DNA from: Patescibacteria group bacterium
Lineage (GTDB): Bacteria > Patescibacteriota > Patescibacteriia > UBA9934
Assembly (NCBI GenBank): GCA_018062825.1
Contig: JAGORL010000004.1
Span: 7,409-71,408 of the forward strand
Direction: 5' to 3'
DNA: 64,000 bases
This document shows, in pieces, positions 1 through 6,990 of the stretch. Position 1 is the first letter of the stretch, and every line of letters starts with the position of its first letter. Position numbers and translations under genes: made by a program. Under the pieces are notes generated by a model that was not told the origin of the DNA, did no database searches, and worked only from the letters and a program-made list of their open reading frames with translations.

Positions 1-762
1 ACTCATGCCAGGCGCATCGGGTCCATAACGGGTAAATAAACGCCGAACCTCATCGATGAGGCCCTCGGCAACCATTGCGTCAACACGCGCATTAATACGT
101 TCAAATAACTCTTCACGCTCAACCGCCACACCCAGTCTAAGCGCTTCATAACGAGGCGACTCCTCACGGCGTGCTGCCGCAAATGTTCCACCAGTCCCAA
201 TAATTACCTCAAGCGCCCGCTCCAGCCGCCGACGATTCTTAGCATCAATCACACTCGCGGCATCAGGATCACGTTTTGCGATCTCTTCAAGGAGCTCTTC
301 ATTTGATTGCATAGCCATAGCAGCCCGAAGTTCCGGGTTCGGCGGCACATGAGCAAGCGATACCCGGTCCAAAATCGCTGACAAATAAAAACCGGTTCCA
401 CCAACTAAAATCGGAACCTTGCCACGCTTAACGATGTCGGCAATCGTCTTATCTGCAAATGCCTGAAAATCTGCCGCACTAAACGCCTGATCAGGCGCTA
501 CCAGATCAAAACCCCAATGCACCACACCCTCAACAAGAAACGTAGGCGGACCAGCTAGTGCCGCCAAATTACCAGTCATAGCCGCAGTAATGCGATCACC
601 CTTAGGTTTTGCGGTGCCGATATCCATACCTTGATAAATGGTACGGGAATCACAAGCGATCACTTCCCCATCAACGGCACGAGCAATCGCAATACCAAGC
701 GCCGTTTTTCCGGACGCCGTGGCTCCAACAATGGCAATAATTCGTGGCAACGCTTGAGGCAT
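1..762 (-). CDS. miaA: tRNA dimethylallyltransferase MiaA (N-terminal 254 codons; rest lies beyond window start)
   Basis: Reverse complement of 1-762 reads from the ATG (complement of 760-762) as MPQALPRIIAIVGATASGKTALGIAIA. This contains the MiaA P-loop GATASGKT. The frame stays open to position 1. The listed 3..200 minus ORF is a different frame. Confidence 0.85.
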   Translation of the reverse strand, partial: MPQALPRIIAIVGATASGKTALGIAIARAVDGEVIACDSRTIYQGMDIGTAKPKGDRITAAMTGNLAALAGPPTFLVEGVVHWGFDLVAPDQAFSAADFQAFADKTIADIVKRGKVPILVGGTGFYLSAILDRVSLAHVPPNPELRAAMAMQSNEELLEEIAKRDPDAASVIDAKNRRRLERALEVIIGTGGTFAAARREESPRYEALRLGVAVEREELFERINARVDAMVAEGLIDEVRRLFTRYGPDAPGMS

Positions 763-815
763 ATACACAGGGCACTTTACCTGAAAACAATAAAAATCGG
801 TATCCTCAAGAGCAT

Positions 816-1667
816 ATGCGAAAAGAAGGAGCAATTCACAACTACGGCGCTGAGAATAAACCAGCCAGAAGACACATTGATCAAGATTTAATGAAAAGAG
901 CGCAAAATGACTTTAAAGAGCAAGGGATTTATAAGGCGAAAGACAGTCTAGAAAATGTAAGCAAGCGTCGCTTTGCAATTATCGCTGAGGTAAAAAAATC
1001 CCTTCCTGAATTAAAAAACTCCCAAGCAATCACTGCCTTTGATGAAGCATTGGAAAAGAATCCAAATGTTTGGAAGTCTTTTAGTGAAGCAAAAACTCAG
1101 GAAGATATAGATGCAATTGCAAGCGCGATCGTAGCGCAACTTGAACGCGAGATGCCGGTAAAGATGCCGGACATCAAGCAAGTTGGCGAAACTTCACCAG
1201 ACGAAGTGCTTGAAATGCCTGCAGATGAAGATGAACTCCAAGAATTAGACGAGGCGCAAATCGAAGAAATTCCTGAACCAGTCGCACAACCACAAAAAGC
1301 ACAAATCGCAACCGCCTACGGTGGCCACGTCGCCGAAGCAGCTATGCGCGGTGAGTCAATGGAATCTATCGCGCAACAAACAAGTCAAAATGTGGAACAG
1401 GTAAAGGGCGTAACAAATATTGATAGTAAAACCGTAAAACAGAAAACCCGTGAAAACGCAGTAAACATCGCTCGTGCAAAAATTGAAGCCGGCATGGATC
1501 CCGATGATCTGCAAGACTCCCTTGAGGGCGAACTTGAGGAACTAGAGGCGACAATTGAAGAATTAGAAGATGATGAACCGGTAACTCTAGATGCCGCCGT
1601 CACTAAAGCTGAAGCCGTACGAGCACAGCTCAAATGGCTTGCCGAACAAAAAGAAAGTGCCACTTAA
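816..1667 (+). CDS. acidic Glu/Lys/Ala-rich hypothetical protein (acidic protein 1); start uncertain (track gives 744, which would overlap the miaA start)
   Basis: Long ORF with backbone-like AT composition, strongly acidic and low-complexity (..EDELQELDEAQIEEIPEP.., ..EGELEELEATIEELEDDEP..). An in-frame ATG at 816 avoids the divergent overlap with miaA. No clear SD. Confidence 0.5.
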   Translation: MRKEGAIHNYGAENKPARRHIDQDLMKRAQNDFKEQGIYKAKDSLENVSKRRFAIIAEVKKSLPELKNSQAITAFDEALEKNPNVWKSFSEAKTQEDIDAIASAIVAQLEREMPVKMPDIKQVGETSPDEVLEMPADEDELQELDEAQIEEIPEPVAQPQKAQIATAYGGHVAEAAMRGESMESIAQQTSQNVEQVKGVTNIDSKTVKQKTRENAVNIARAKIEAGMDPDDLQDSLEGELEELEATIEELEDDEPVTLDAAVTKAEAVRAQLKWLAEQKESAT

Positions 1668-1673
1668 AGCAAC

Positions 1674-1711
1674 AATCCCGCCTCCCTATACAGGGGGCGG
1701 GATTTAGTTTT
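1674..1711. terminator. bidirectional intrinsic terminator between convergent genes
   Basis: Stem TCCCGCCTCCC / GGGGGCGGGA with a small loop, followed by TTTAGTTTT. It lies between the stop of acidic protein 1 (1667) and the stop of the minus-strand gene at 1712. Confidence 0.6.
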
Positions 1712-2293
1712 CTAGCGCCAGCCGACACGTTCGGCAAAGTCGCTAGAAAGGAACGAGACCTCGGGGAACTCAGTGCGTAGCTTGTCGAGGCGCTTTACAC
1801 GCTCGAGCTGCTTAGCGCCAAGGCACGTGAGTGCGAAGACCTCATTGAGGAGCAGGATGAACATCGCTACTCCCTCATCTGACTCGTCCTGACGCACCGG
1901 ACGCAAGATCGAGACGTAGGTGAAAATCTTGAACGTGACTGTGAGCCACGTATCAAAGCTCAGCTCCTGACGAATCACCTGCGGCGCCCAATCGTACGGG
2001 CGCGCGAGTCCATCACGCAGCTGCTCACCGGAGATGTCCGGCGCGCACAGGACGTCGAGCATCCTGCCAATCGCCTGGGCGTACCACAGCGCCATACGAT
2101 GATCCACATAGCGCTTGTTTGCCACGTGCTCACGTATACGAGCTAGGAAGAGCCCCTCGACTCCTGGCCACGGATGCAAGAGCATCCGGATCTGCCGTTC
2201 ACGCCCTAACTTCGGCGTGAACTTAGGGTCTGTCTTGTCCTCATCGGGCGGCACATCGTGCCGGCCGCCTGGAATCAGGTCGAACTTCAGCAT
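1712..2293 (-). CDS. hypothetical protein, high-GC gene A (likely horizontally acquired); ATG start at 2293 rather than the TTG-extended 2305
   Basis: 193-aa ORF whose GC is visibly higher than its flanks (runs such as cggcgcgcacaggacgtcgagcatcctgccaatcgcctgggcg). ATG at complement 2291-2293 is preceded by GGAGG (ttggaggctttcATG) and promoter module A. No family recognised. Confidence 0.6.
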   Translation of the reverse strand: MLKFDLIPGGRHDVPPDEDKTDPKFTPKLGRERQIRMLLHPWPGVEGLFLARIREHVANKRYVDHRMALWYAQAIGRMLDVLCAPDISGEQLRDGLARPYDWAPQVIRQELSFDTWLTVTFKIFTYVSILRPVRQDESDEGVAMFILLLNEVFALTCLGAKQLERVKRLDKLRTEFPEVSFLSSDFAERVGWR

Positions 2294-2317
2294 GAAAGCC
2301 TCCAATTTGGTTGGCTG

Positions 2318-2346
2318 ATATTAGCAGAAAAAAGCGTTTTTGTCAA
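2318..2346 (-). promoter_or_regulatory. sigma70-type promoter, module A: TTGACA-N17-TAATAT with T-rich spacer AAAACGCTTTTTTCTGC
   Basis: Minus-strand read: ttgacaaaaacgcttttttctgctaatatcagccaaccaaattggaggctttcATG. It is nearly identical to the modules upstream of the genes at 13900, 3923-4681 and 51500. Confidence 0.55.
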
Positions 2347-3872
2347 TGTCTGCTATAATAAAACTATCTATGACTGAACGACGCGGCACGCATCGCGAAA
2401 TTCCAGAACAGGAATCGCAAAAGAAAAATTACGCCTCATTTGTTGAGAGCCTCAATATCGGTCCAGGCGAAAAAGTATTACGCCTCGCAGATGATGGCAG
2501 TACCGATTCTTGGAACGTGGACACCATGGAGAATGACATGGTGTATCTTTCACGATCAGTATCAAATAAAGAAGAACCGGAGCGAGCAATGATGAAACTT
2601 GAGGAGTTAGCTCGCGAACAATACACACTAGAAACCAGTCAAAAGCTTCTCGAATCATGGCCAAAAATTGTCGAAAAGGCCCTTGAAAATACGCACCTAC
2701 CTGAGGAGAGAAAAAACATGCTCGCCCGACTTGAATCAGTAAAAAATGATTCCCTGGAAGGAGCAGCGTTAAATATCGTACTTAAAGAAATTGACCCAGA
2801 CAGCGAGACTGCTCGCAACCTTTTGCTTGATACAGTCGCTGCCGAAATCCAAAAAGATGTTGCCGATCTTATACAGGGCGAAGCTCGTGCTGAAGAGATT
2901 GTTAAAAAAGCCAAGCAGCCAAAAGTTACAAAACGTGGCGCCATTTCTGGATTAGCATTCGGTAAAGCAAAAGAACAAACAATCAGAAGCGAGGAAGTAA
3001 CCGAATCCCTGCCGGAAGATCCATCAATCGAGAAAACAACCGATATCAGCATTGATGAACCGGAGAAACCAGCCCTTGACCTTGAAACACGCCTCTCGCA
3101 AAAAGATGCTGCCTTTGCTGACTTTGTAACAAAAGCCAACATACGATCACGCAAATTCCATGATCGATCCCTACCACAACATGAATGGGATATCTTCACT
3201 AATGAAGCTCAAGAATCGATCAAGGAGTACTTAAAAATTGCCGGAGACAATCCATCAATTGCAGATGAAGAACGCCTATCGGTAATGCGCTCTCACCTTG
3301 AAGCGCTGAAGGAAAGAAAACTCATGGCAATCGCCGAGGTTGAATACACCCCGGACGCTGATGAAGTTCTAGAAACCCTAGCTCCAGTTGAGGCAAAAGA
3401 CGACGACCTCATGTGGTCAACGTTAGAAAACGACATGCACATGGTGGAGAATGAGATCGCCAGTCGCCAAGCTGCTGGCAAGCCGTTCTCCGCGGAAACA
3501 CTCAAAAAAGACCGAGAGCTTCTCAAGCGCGATCTTGATCTCTATACCAAGACCGCTCTCAAAGAACCAAATCCAGTCGCTGAGAAAAATATCGATCGCG
3601 CCATCGCATTTCTAGCCACCCTGGATATCCTTGCGCGAAAGGCCGAACTTACAGAAGAGCAAAGCATCGCCGAAGAACAAGACACCGATCTTGATGCTAC
3701 CCCGGTCATGGCTCCAAACCGAGAAGCAAGTGAACCAAGCTCTAAAAACAATGCAAAGAACACTAATGTGAACGCCGGCTCCAGCCTCATGAGTGAGGCT
3801 ATAAAATCCGGTTATAAACCAAAACCACCAGGCCAAGCCCTAATGGATTGGATAAAAAATATCTTTAGTTAA
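2340..3872 (+). CDS. acidic Glu/Lys-rich hypothetical protein (acidic protein 2); alternative start at 2370
   Basis: 510-aa ORF, AT-rich like the backbone and highly charged. A TATAAT hexamer lies at 2354-2359 just upstream of the in-frame ATG at 2370 (MTERRGTH..). It is divergent from gene A. Confidence 0.55.
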   Translation: MSMSAIIKLSMTERRGTHREIPEQESQKKNYASFVESLNIGPGEKVLRLADDGSTDSWNVDTMENDMVYLSRSVSNKEEPERAMMKLEELAREQYTLETSQKLLESWPKIVEKALENTHLPEERKNMLARLESVKNDSLEGAALNIVLKEIDPDSETARNLLLDTVAAEIQKDVADLIQGEARAEEIVKKAKQPKVTKRGAISGLAFGKAKEQTIRSEEVTESLPEDPSIEKTTDISIDEPEKPALDLETRLSQKDAAFADFVTKANIRSRKFHDRSLPQHEWDIFTNEAQESIKEYLKIAGDNPSIADEERLSVMRSHLEALKERKLMAIAEVEYTPDADEVLETLAPVEAKDDDLMWSTLENDMHMVENEIASRQAAGKPFSAETLKKDRELLKRDLDLYTKTALKEPNPVAEKNIDRAIAFLATLDILARKAELTEEQSIAEEQDTDLDATPVMAPNREASEPSSKNNAKNTNVNAGSSLMSEAIKSGYKPKPPGQALMDWIKNIFS

Positions 3873-3878
3873 AAGAAG

Positions 3879-3910
3879 AGGCCCACACGCGTTACGTGTG
3901 GGCCTTTGAG
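3879..3910 (-). terminator. GC-rich intrinsic terminator of high-GC gene B
   Basis: Perfect stem GGCCCACACG / CGTGTGGGCC with a 5-nt loop. On the minus strand it is followed by UCUUCUUUU. Its GC-rich composition suggests it travels with gene B. Confidence 0.5.
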
Positions 3911-3922
3911 TCACGGGTCACG

Positions 3923-4681
3923 TCAGCCGACACTCGGCGAACGACCCCACGTGTGCTCCGGGAAGCGATCGTAGTAACGCGTCATGAACGTGTACCAACA
4001 AGCATCGAGCGCGGTTGGCGTCGGACAGACGCACAGCATGCAGAAGAGCGGCACGACCGCGCTGATGGCGCGATAGCTCTTCGAGCCGCTGTCGATCCCG
4101 GCGAGGCTCGCCTTGTTGCGCAGAAGCGCCTGGAGATCGATCACGAACTGGTACCGATCCACAGTGACGACCCCAGGAGTTCCGAGGCGCCGGTGCTTGT
4201 CCTCCCGATCCCAGATCGTCATCGTCTCACAGACGATGGGCGTGATCTTGCGATCGCCACTCGCCTCGAGCGCTGCGTAGAACGCCATCGCGAGCTTCTC
4301 GTGCATGTCATGCACGATCGAGTGCGGCTCGCTGTCGCCATCGATGTTCAGCATCGCCGGATCGAAGAGCACGCTCTGCACGAGGCGTGCCATCGCGACC
4401 GCATTCTCGCCAAGAAGAGGGGTCACGATCTCCTTCGCGAACTTCGGGAAGTGCTGGAGAGCACCCCGGATCTCCTTCGGCCCTTCACGGACCAAAGGCT
4501 GCGTGCTTCCCCGTACCGCGGGAAGCTGCGAGCCCCTCGGCTTCGCGGACAGCTCGATGAGCTGTCCCCGGCCCGGATGATCCACCCTGGCCTTCACGAG
4601 GTGCAGAGGAACGTGCCGCTGCGGAAACGGCAATACGTTGTCGAGGCCATCGGCCTCATCTTGGCAACTGTCATTATTCAA
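3923..4681 (-). CDS. hypothetical protein, high-GC gene B (likely horizontally acquired), TTG start
   Basis: 252-aa balanced-composition ORF. The opposite-strand ORF 3896..4726 is Arg-rich antisense noise. The TTG start (complement of 4679-4681) lies 4 nt after AGGAGG. No in-frame ATG occurs until far downstream. No family recognised. A weak H-x3-HD (HSIVHD) motif is noted. Confidence 0.55.
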   Translation of the reverse strand: MNNDSCQDEADGLDNVLPFPQRHVPLHLVKARVDHPGRGQLIELSAKPRGSQLPAVRGSTQPLVREGPKEIRGALQHFPKFAKEIVTPLLGENAVAMARLVQSVLFDPAMLNIDGDSEPHSIVHDMHEKLAMAFYAALEASGDRKITPIVCETMTIWDREDKHRRLGTPGVVTVDRYQFVIDLQALLRNKASLAGIDSGSKSYRAISAVVPLFCMLCVCPTPTALDACWYTFMTRYYDRFPEHTWGRSPSVG

Positions 4682-4719
4682 GGTGCCTCCTTTGCCCCAT
4701 CACGGGGCACTCGTGGCGA

Positions 4720-4748
4720 ACAATAGCAAAAAAATGCAATTTTGTCAA
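4720..4748 (-). promoter_or_regulatory. sigma70-type promoter, module B: TTGACA-N17-TATTGT with spacer AAATTGCATTTTTTTGC, then a CCCC/GGGG hairpin in the 5'UTR
   Basis: Minus-strand read: ttgacaaaattgcatttttttgctattgttcgccacgagtgccccgtgatggggcaaaggaggcaccTTG. Confidence 0.5.
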
Positions 4749-4760
4749 TCAAAAACAGCC

Positions 4761-4838
4761 AATATTAGCGAAAAGCACAAATTAAATAGCAAATATTTGT
4801 TATCCACACAAGCCGCAAATATTAGCGAAAAAAGGCGT
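4761..4838 (-). repeat. two orphan partial copies of the promoter module (T-tract plus GCTAATATT -10 part, no good -35)
   Basis: Plus strand 4761-4775 aatattagcgaaaag and 4818-4838 aaatattagcgaaaaaaggcg. Their reverse complements, cttttcgctaatatt and cgccttttttcgctaatattt, match the TTTTTTCTGCTAATAT core of modules A and E. Confidence 0.45.
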
Positions 4839-4869
4839 AAAATAGAGACAGTATTCTTCAACGAAACCT

Positions 4870-6600
4870 ATGGTCATGAAAGGCGAAAGACGTTTTGATC
4901 CGATGGACGCACCGGACGTAAAAAGCACCCGTTGGTATCAAGAGAAAAATCTTGATGCAACCGTTGAAGATGTTGGCGATGAAGACCTTGATATCGAGGC
5001 TATTGCCGCTCGCAATGAAACACCAAACCTCAAAGCCCTGATGGCCGCTGATATTGATGCGAATATTCGCGCAGAGAATAAGGCCGAGCATGAAGAGCGC
5101 ATGCGAGTAAAATCTGAACAAAAAGCAGAAAAGCCGCTAACAGAAATCGAGATCAATCCTGATGCGCAAAATAACCCCGAAGCTGTTGTAGCAAAAGCAG
5201 AAGTATCAATGCTGCGTCGCGTATCCTCTGGCATGCGCGATGTCTTTGGCGTTGCTGCAAGCGCCTACGAAAGCCTTAAAAGCATCGGCACAATTGATAA
5301 CGGAGAGGGTAAAAAAATCGAGGTTGGAGCTCGTGCGAGCGTAACAGACATGAAACGCGGCGTTGCCGATTTCTTCGCCGACATGCGCACAACACTTTTT
5401 GGTGGCACAGAGAAACAAACAATCGACGTCCTTGAGCAAGATGAAACAACCGAGGGTTGGGAAGAAAAAGAAGGTGTTGTAGATAAGAAATACCCAGGAC
5501 TCCTTGAGGAATTAGTTTCCCGCCTGCCAGATGCACCAAAAACAATGAAGCGCGCCTTCTTAGCCGTTGCCGTTGATGTACCAGTTGGAATCTACGAGTC
5601 CTGGAAGCGCAATAAAGAGCTCAACGCCTCGCTAGAACAAATGCTCAAGGAAGAGCACGGTGAGGAATACACGCTCGACATGTGGCGCGCTAAAGAAGCT
5701 GATGATCAATTAGAATTCTCTCCTGACGCCATTCGCGCACGAAATGATGCTCAGGATGAACTGTACTACGACGGGATCATTGAAGCGCCTACCTTTAAGG
5801 AGGCGTTGAAGCAAGATGTCGTAACAATTGTAGGCGCTGGCTCTGAAGCCATGAAGAGCATGCATGTCGCTATTGGCCGTGCCGCAAAACACGCTTTCTA
5901 TGAAGAGCCGCTTGATCTTCTTCGTGGCTACGGCATGATCGCAGAATCCCTCGCAAGCGATGTAAAGCGTGGCGCGGAAGTAGCTAAAGGCAAAGGAAAA
6001 GAAATCGCGCAAGGCGCTACAAAGGCAGCTGAAAGTCTCAAGGTTGGTACAAAAGAACTGCAAACCAAAGCGGAAAAAGCATTCGGCAGCTTCAAAGAAA
6101 AAACCTGGGGCGCCAAAGCAAAACGAAATGAAATCATCCGAGAACGCAACGGAAGGCGCATTGCGGTCTACATTGAAAGCATGAAGTCAGAGGCTGAAGC
6201 AAGTGAACTAGCCAAAGATGAAGAAAGAGAAGCGGTGCCAATGAGCAGGAGCGACCGAGAAACAGTGATTGCAAAACGAGCCCTTCAGTTGAGTAAGCAA
6301 ATTACCGAACTAAAATCTGCTGTAGAGAAAGGTGAAACACACAAAAAACGCCTTCTTACCGCCCTAGAGCGCGTACAAAAAAACAACACGCTACGCGAGC
6401 AGACGCTCGAGGATATAAAACGAGCTATTGCAAGCGAAGCGGTTGATGTCGCAAAAAATAAAAATCGCATACTCGATCTTCAGCACCTATTAAACGCCTA
6501 CACCGAAAAGATAACTCCTATCGAGCTACCTGAGGCAGAGATAGATGAGGCAGATGAAGTGACTGATGAAATGCCACGCTCAACCGAAGAATCGGCCTAA
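4870..6600 (+). CDS. acidic Glu/Lys/Ala-rich hypothetical protein (acidic protein 3)
   Basis: 576-aa ORF with backbone composition. It is charged and coiled-coil-like, with no recognisable enzymatic motif. Confidence 0.55.
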   Translation: MVMKGERRFDPMDAPDVKSTRWYQEKNLDATVEDVGDEDLDIEAIAARNETPNLKALMAADIDANIRAENKAEHEERMRVKSEQKAEKPLTEIEINPDAQNNPEAVVAKAEVSMLRRVSSGMRDVFGVAASAYESLKSIGTIDNGEGKKIEVGARASVTDMKRGVADFFADMRTTLFGGTEKQTIDVLEQDETTEGWEEKEGVVDKKYPGLLEELVSRLPDAPKTMKRAFLAVAVDVPVGIYESWKRNKELNASLEQMLKEEHGEEYTLDMWRAKEADDQLEFSPDAIRARNDAQDELYYDGIIEAPTFKEALKQDVVTIVGAGSEAMKSMHVAIGRAAKHAFYEEPLDLLRGYGMIAESLASDVKRGAEVAKGKGKEIAQGATKAAESLKVGTKELQTKAEKAFGSFKEKTWGAKAKRNEIIRERNGRRIAVYIESMKSEAEASELAKDEEREAVPMSRSDRETVIAKRALQLSKQITELKSAVEKGETHKKRLLTALERVQKNNTLREQTLEDIKRAIASEAVDVAKNKNRILDLQHLLNAYTEKITPIELPEAEIDEADEVTDEMPRSTEESA

Positions 6601-6609
6601 ACCTCACCT

Positions 6610-6948
6610 ATGTCGCTTACCACAGACTTTGTTAACATCGTGGAACAATCAAGCATCCCTGAAGAAGTAAAAGCCGGAATCGTAAAGGAGGCAAAAAACA
6701 ATGGCGTATCTGCACAACTTGTTGATCTCTTCTTTGATGCTTTAAACATCATCGAACGCCAAGCATTAGAAGATGCCGGCATTGCACTTAATGCAAACGA
6801 TGCAGAACTCAAAGCAGGCCTCACTGAAGCTGATGAGCAAGCAAAAGTTGCAGCCAGCGATCTTGCCAAGGCTCTCAAGGAGATTGAAGGCGATGCAGAT
6901 TCGCTATTCAAGCAGGTTGGTGCAAAACTAAACGTTGCTACCGCCTAA
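6610..6948 (+). CDS. small acidic hypothetical protein (acidic protein 4)
   Basis: 112-aa ORF starting 10 nt after the previous stop. It is acidic and Ala-rich, and a terminator follows. Confidence 0.45.
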   Translation: MSLTTDFVNIVEQSSIPEEVKAGIVKEAKNNGVSAQLVDLFFDALNIIERQALEDAGIALNANDAELKAGLTEADEQAKVAASDLAKALKEIEGDADSLFKQVGAKLNVATA

Positions 6949-6954
6949 ACAAAA

Positions 6955-6990
6955 ATCCCGCCAGCAAATGTGGCGGGATTTTTGTTTTTA
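6955..6990. terminator. bidirectional intrinsic terminator (acidic protein 4 / thrS convergent)
   Basis: aaaaATCCCGCCAgcaaatgTGGCGGGATttttgttttt: 9-bp stem flanked by an A-run and a T-run. Confidence 0.65.

Noticed and set aside
3-200. 65-aa minus-strand ORF at the window start
   Set aside because: The real gene here is miaA in another minus-strand frame (MPQALPRIIAIVGATASGKT.. from 762 running to position 1).
3896-4726. 276-aa plus-strand ORF, plus 4305..4580 and 4638..4898
   Set aside because: Arg/His-rich antisense read-through of the GC-rich gene B. Such phantom ORFs are expected in high-GC DNA.
4800-4808. Perfect DnaA box TTATCCACA (and an 8/9 match near 13822 upstream of dnaE)
   Set aside because: Single isolated 9-mers are expected about 0.5 times by chance in 64 kb on two strands. 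There is no cluster of boxes and no AT-rich unwinding element, so no oriC call.
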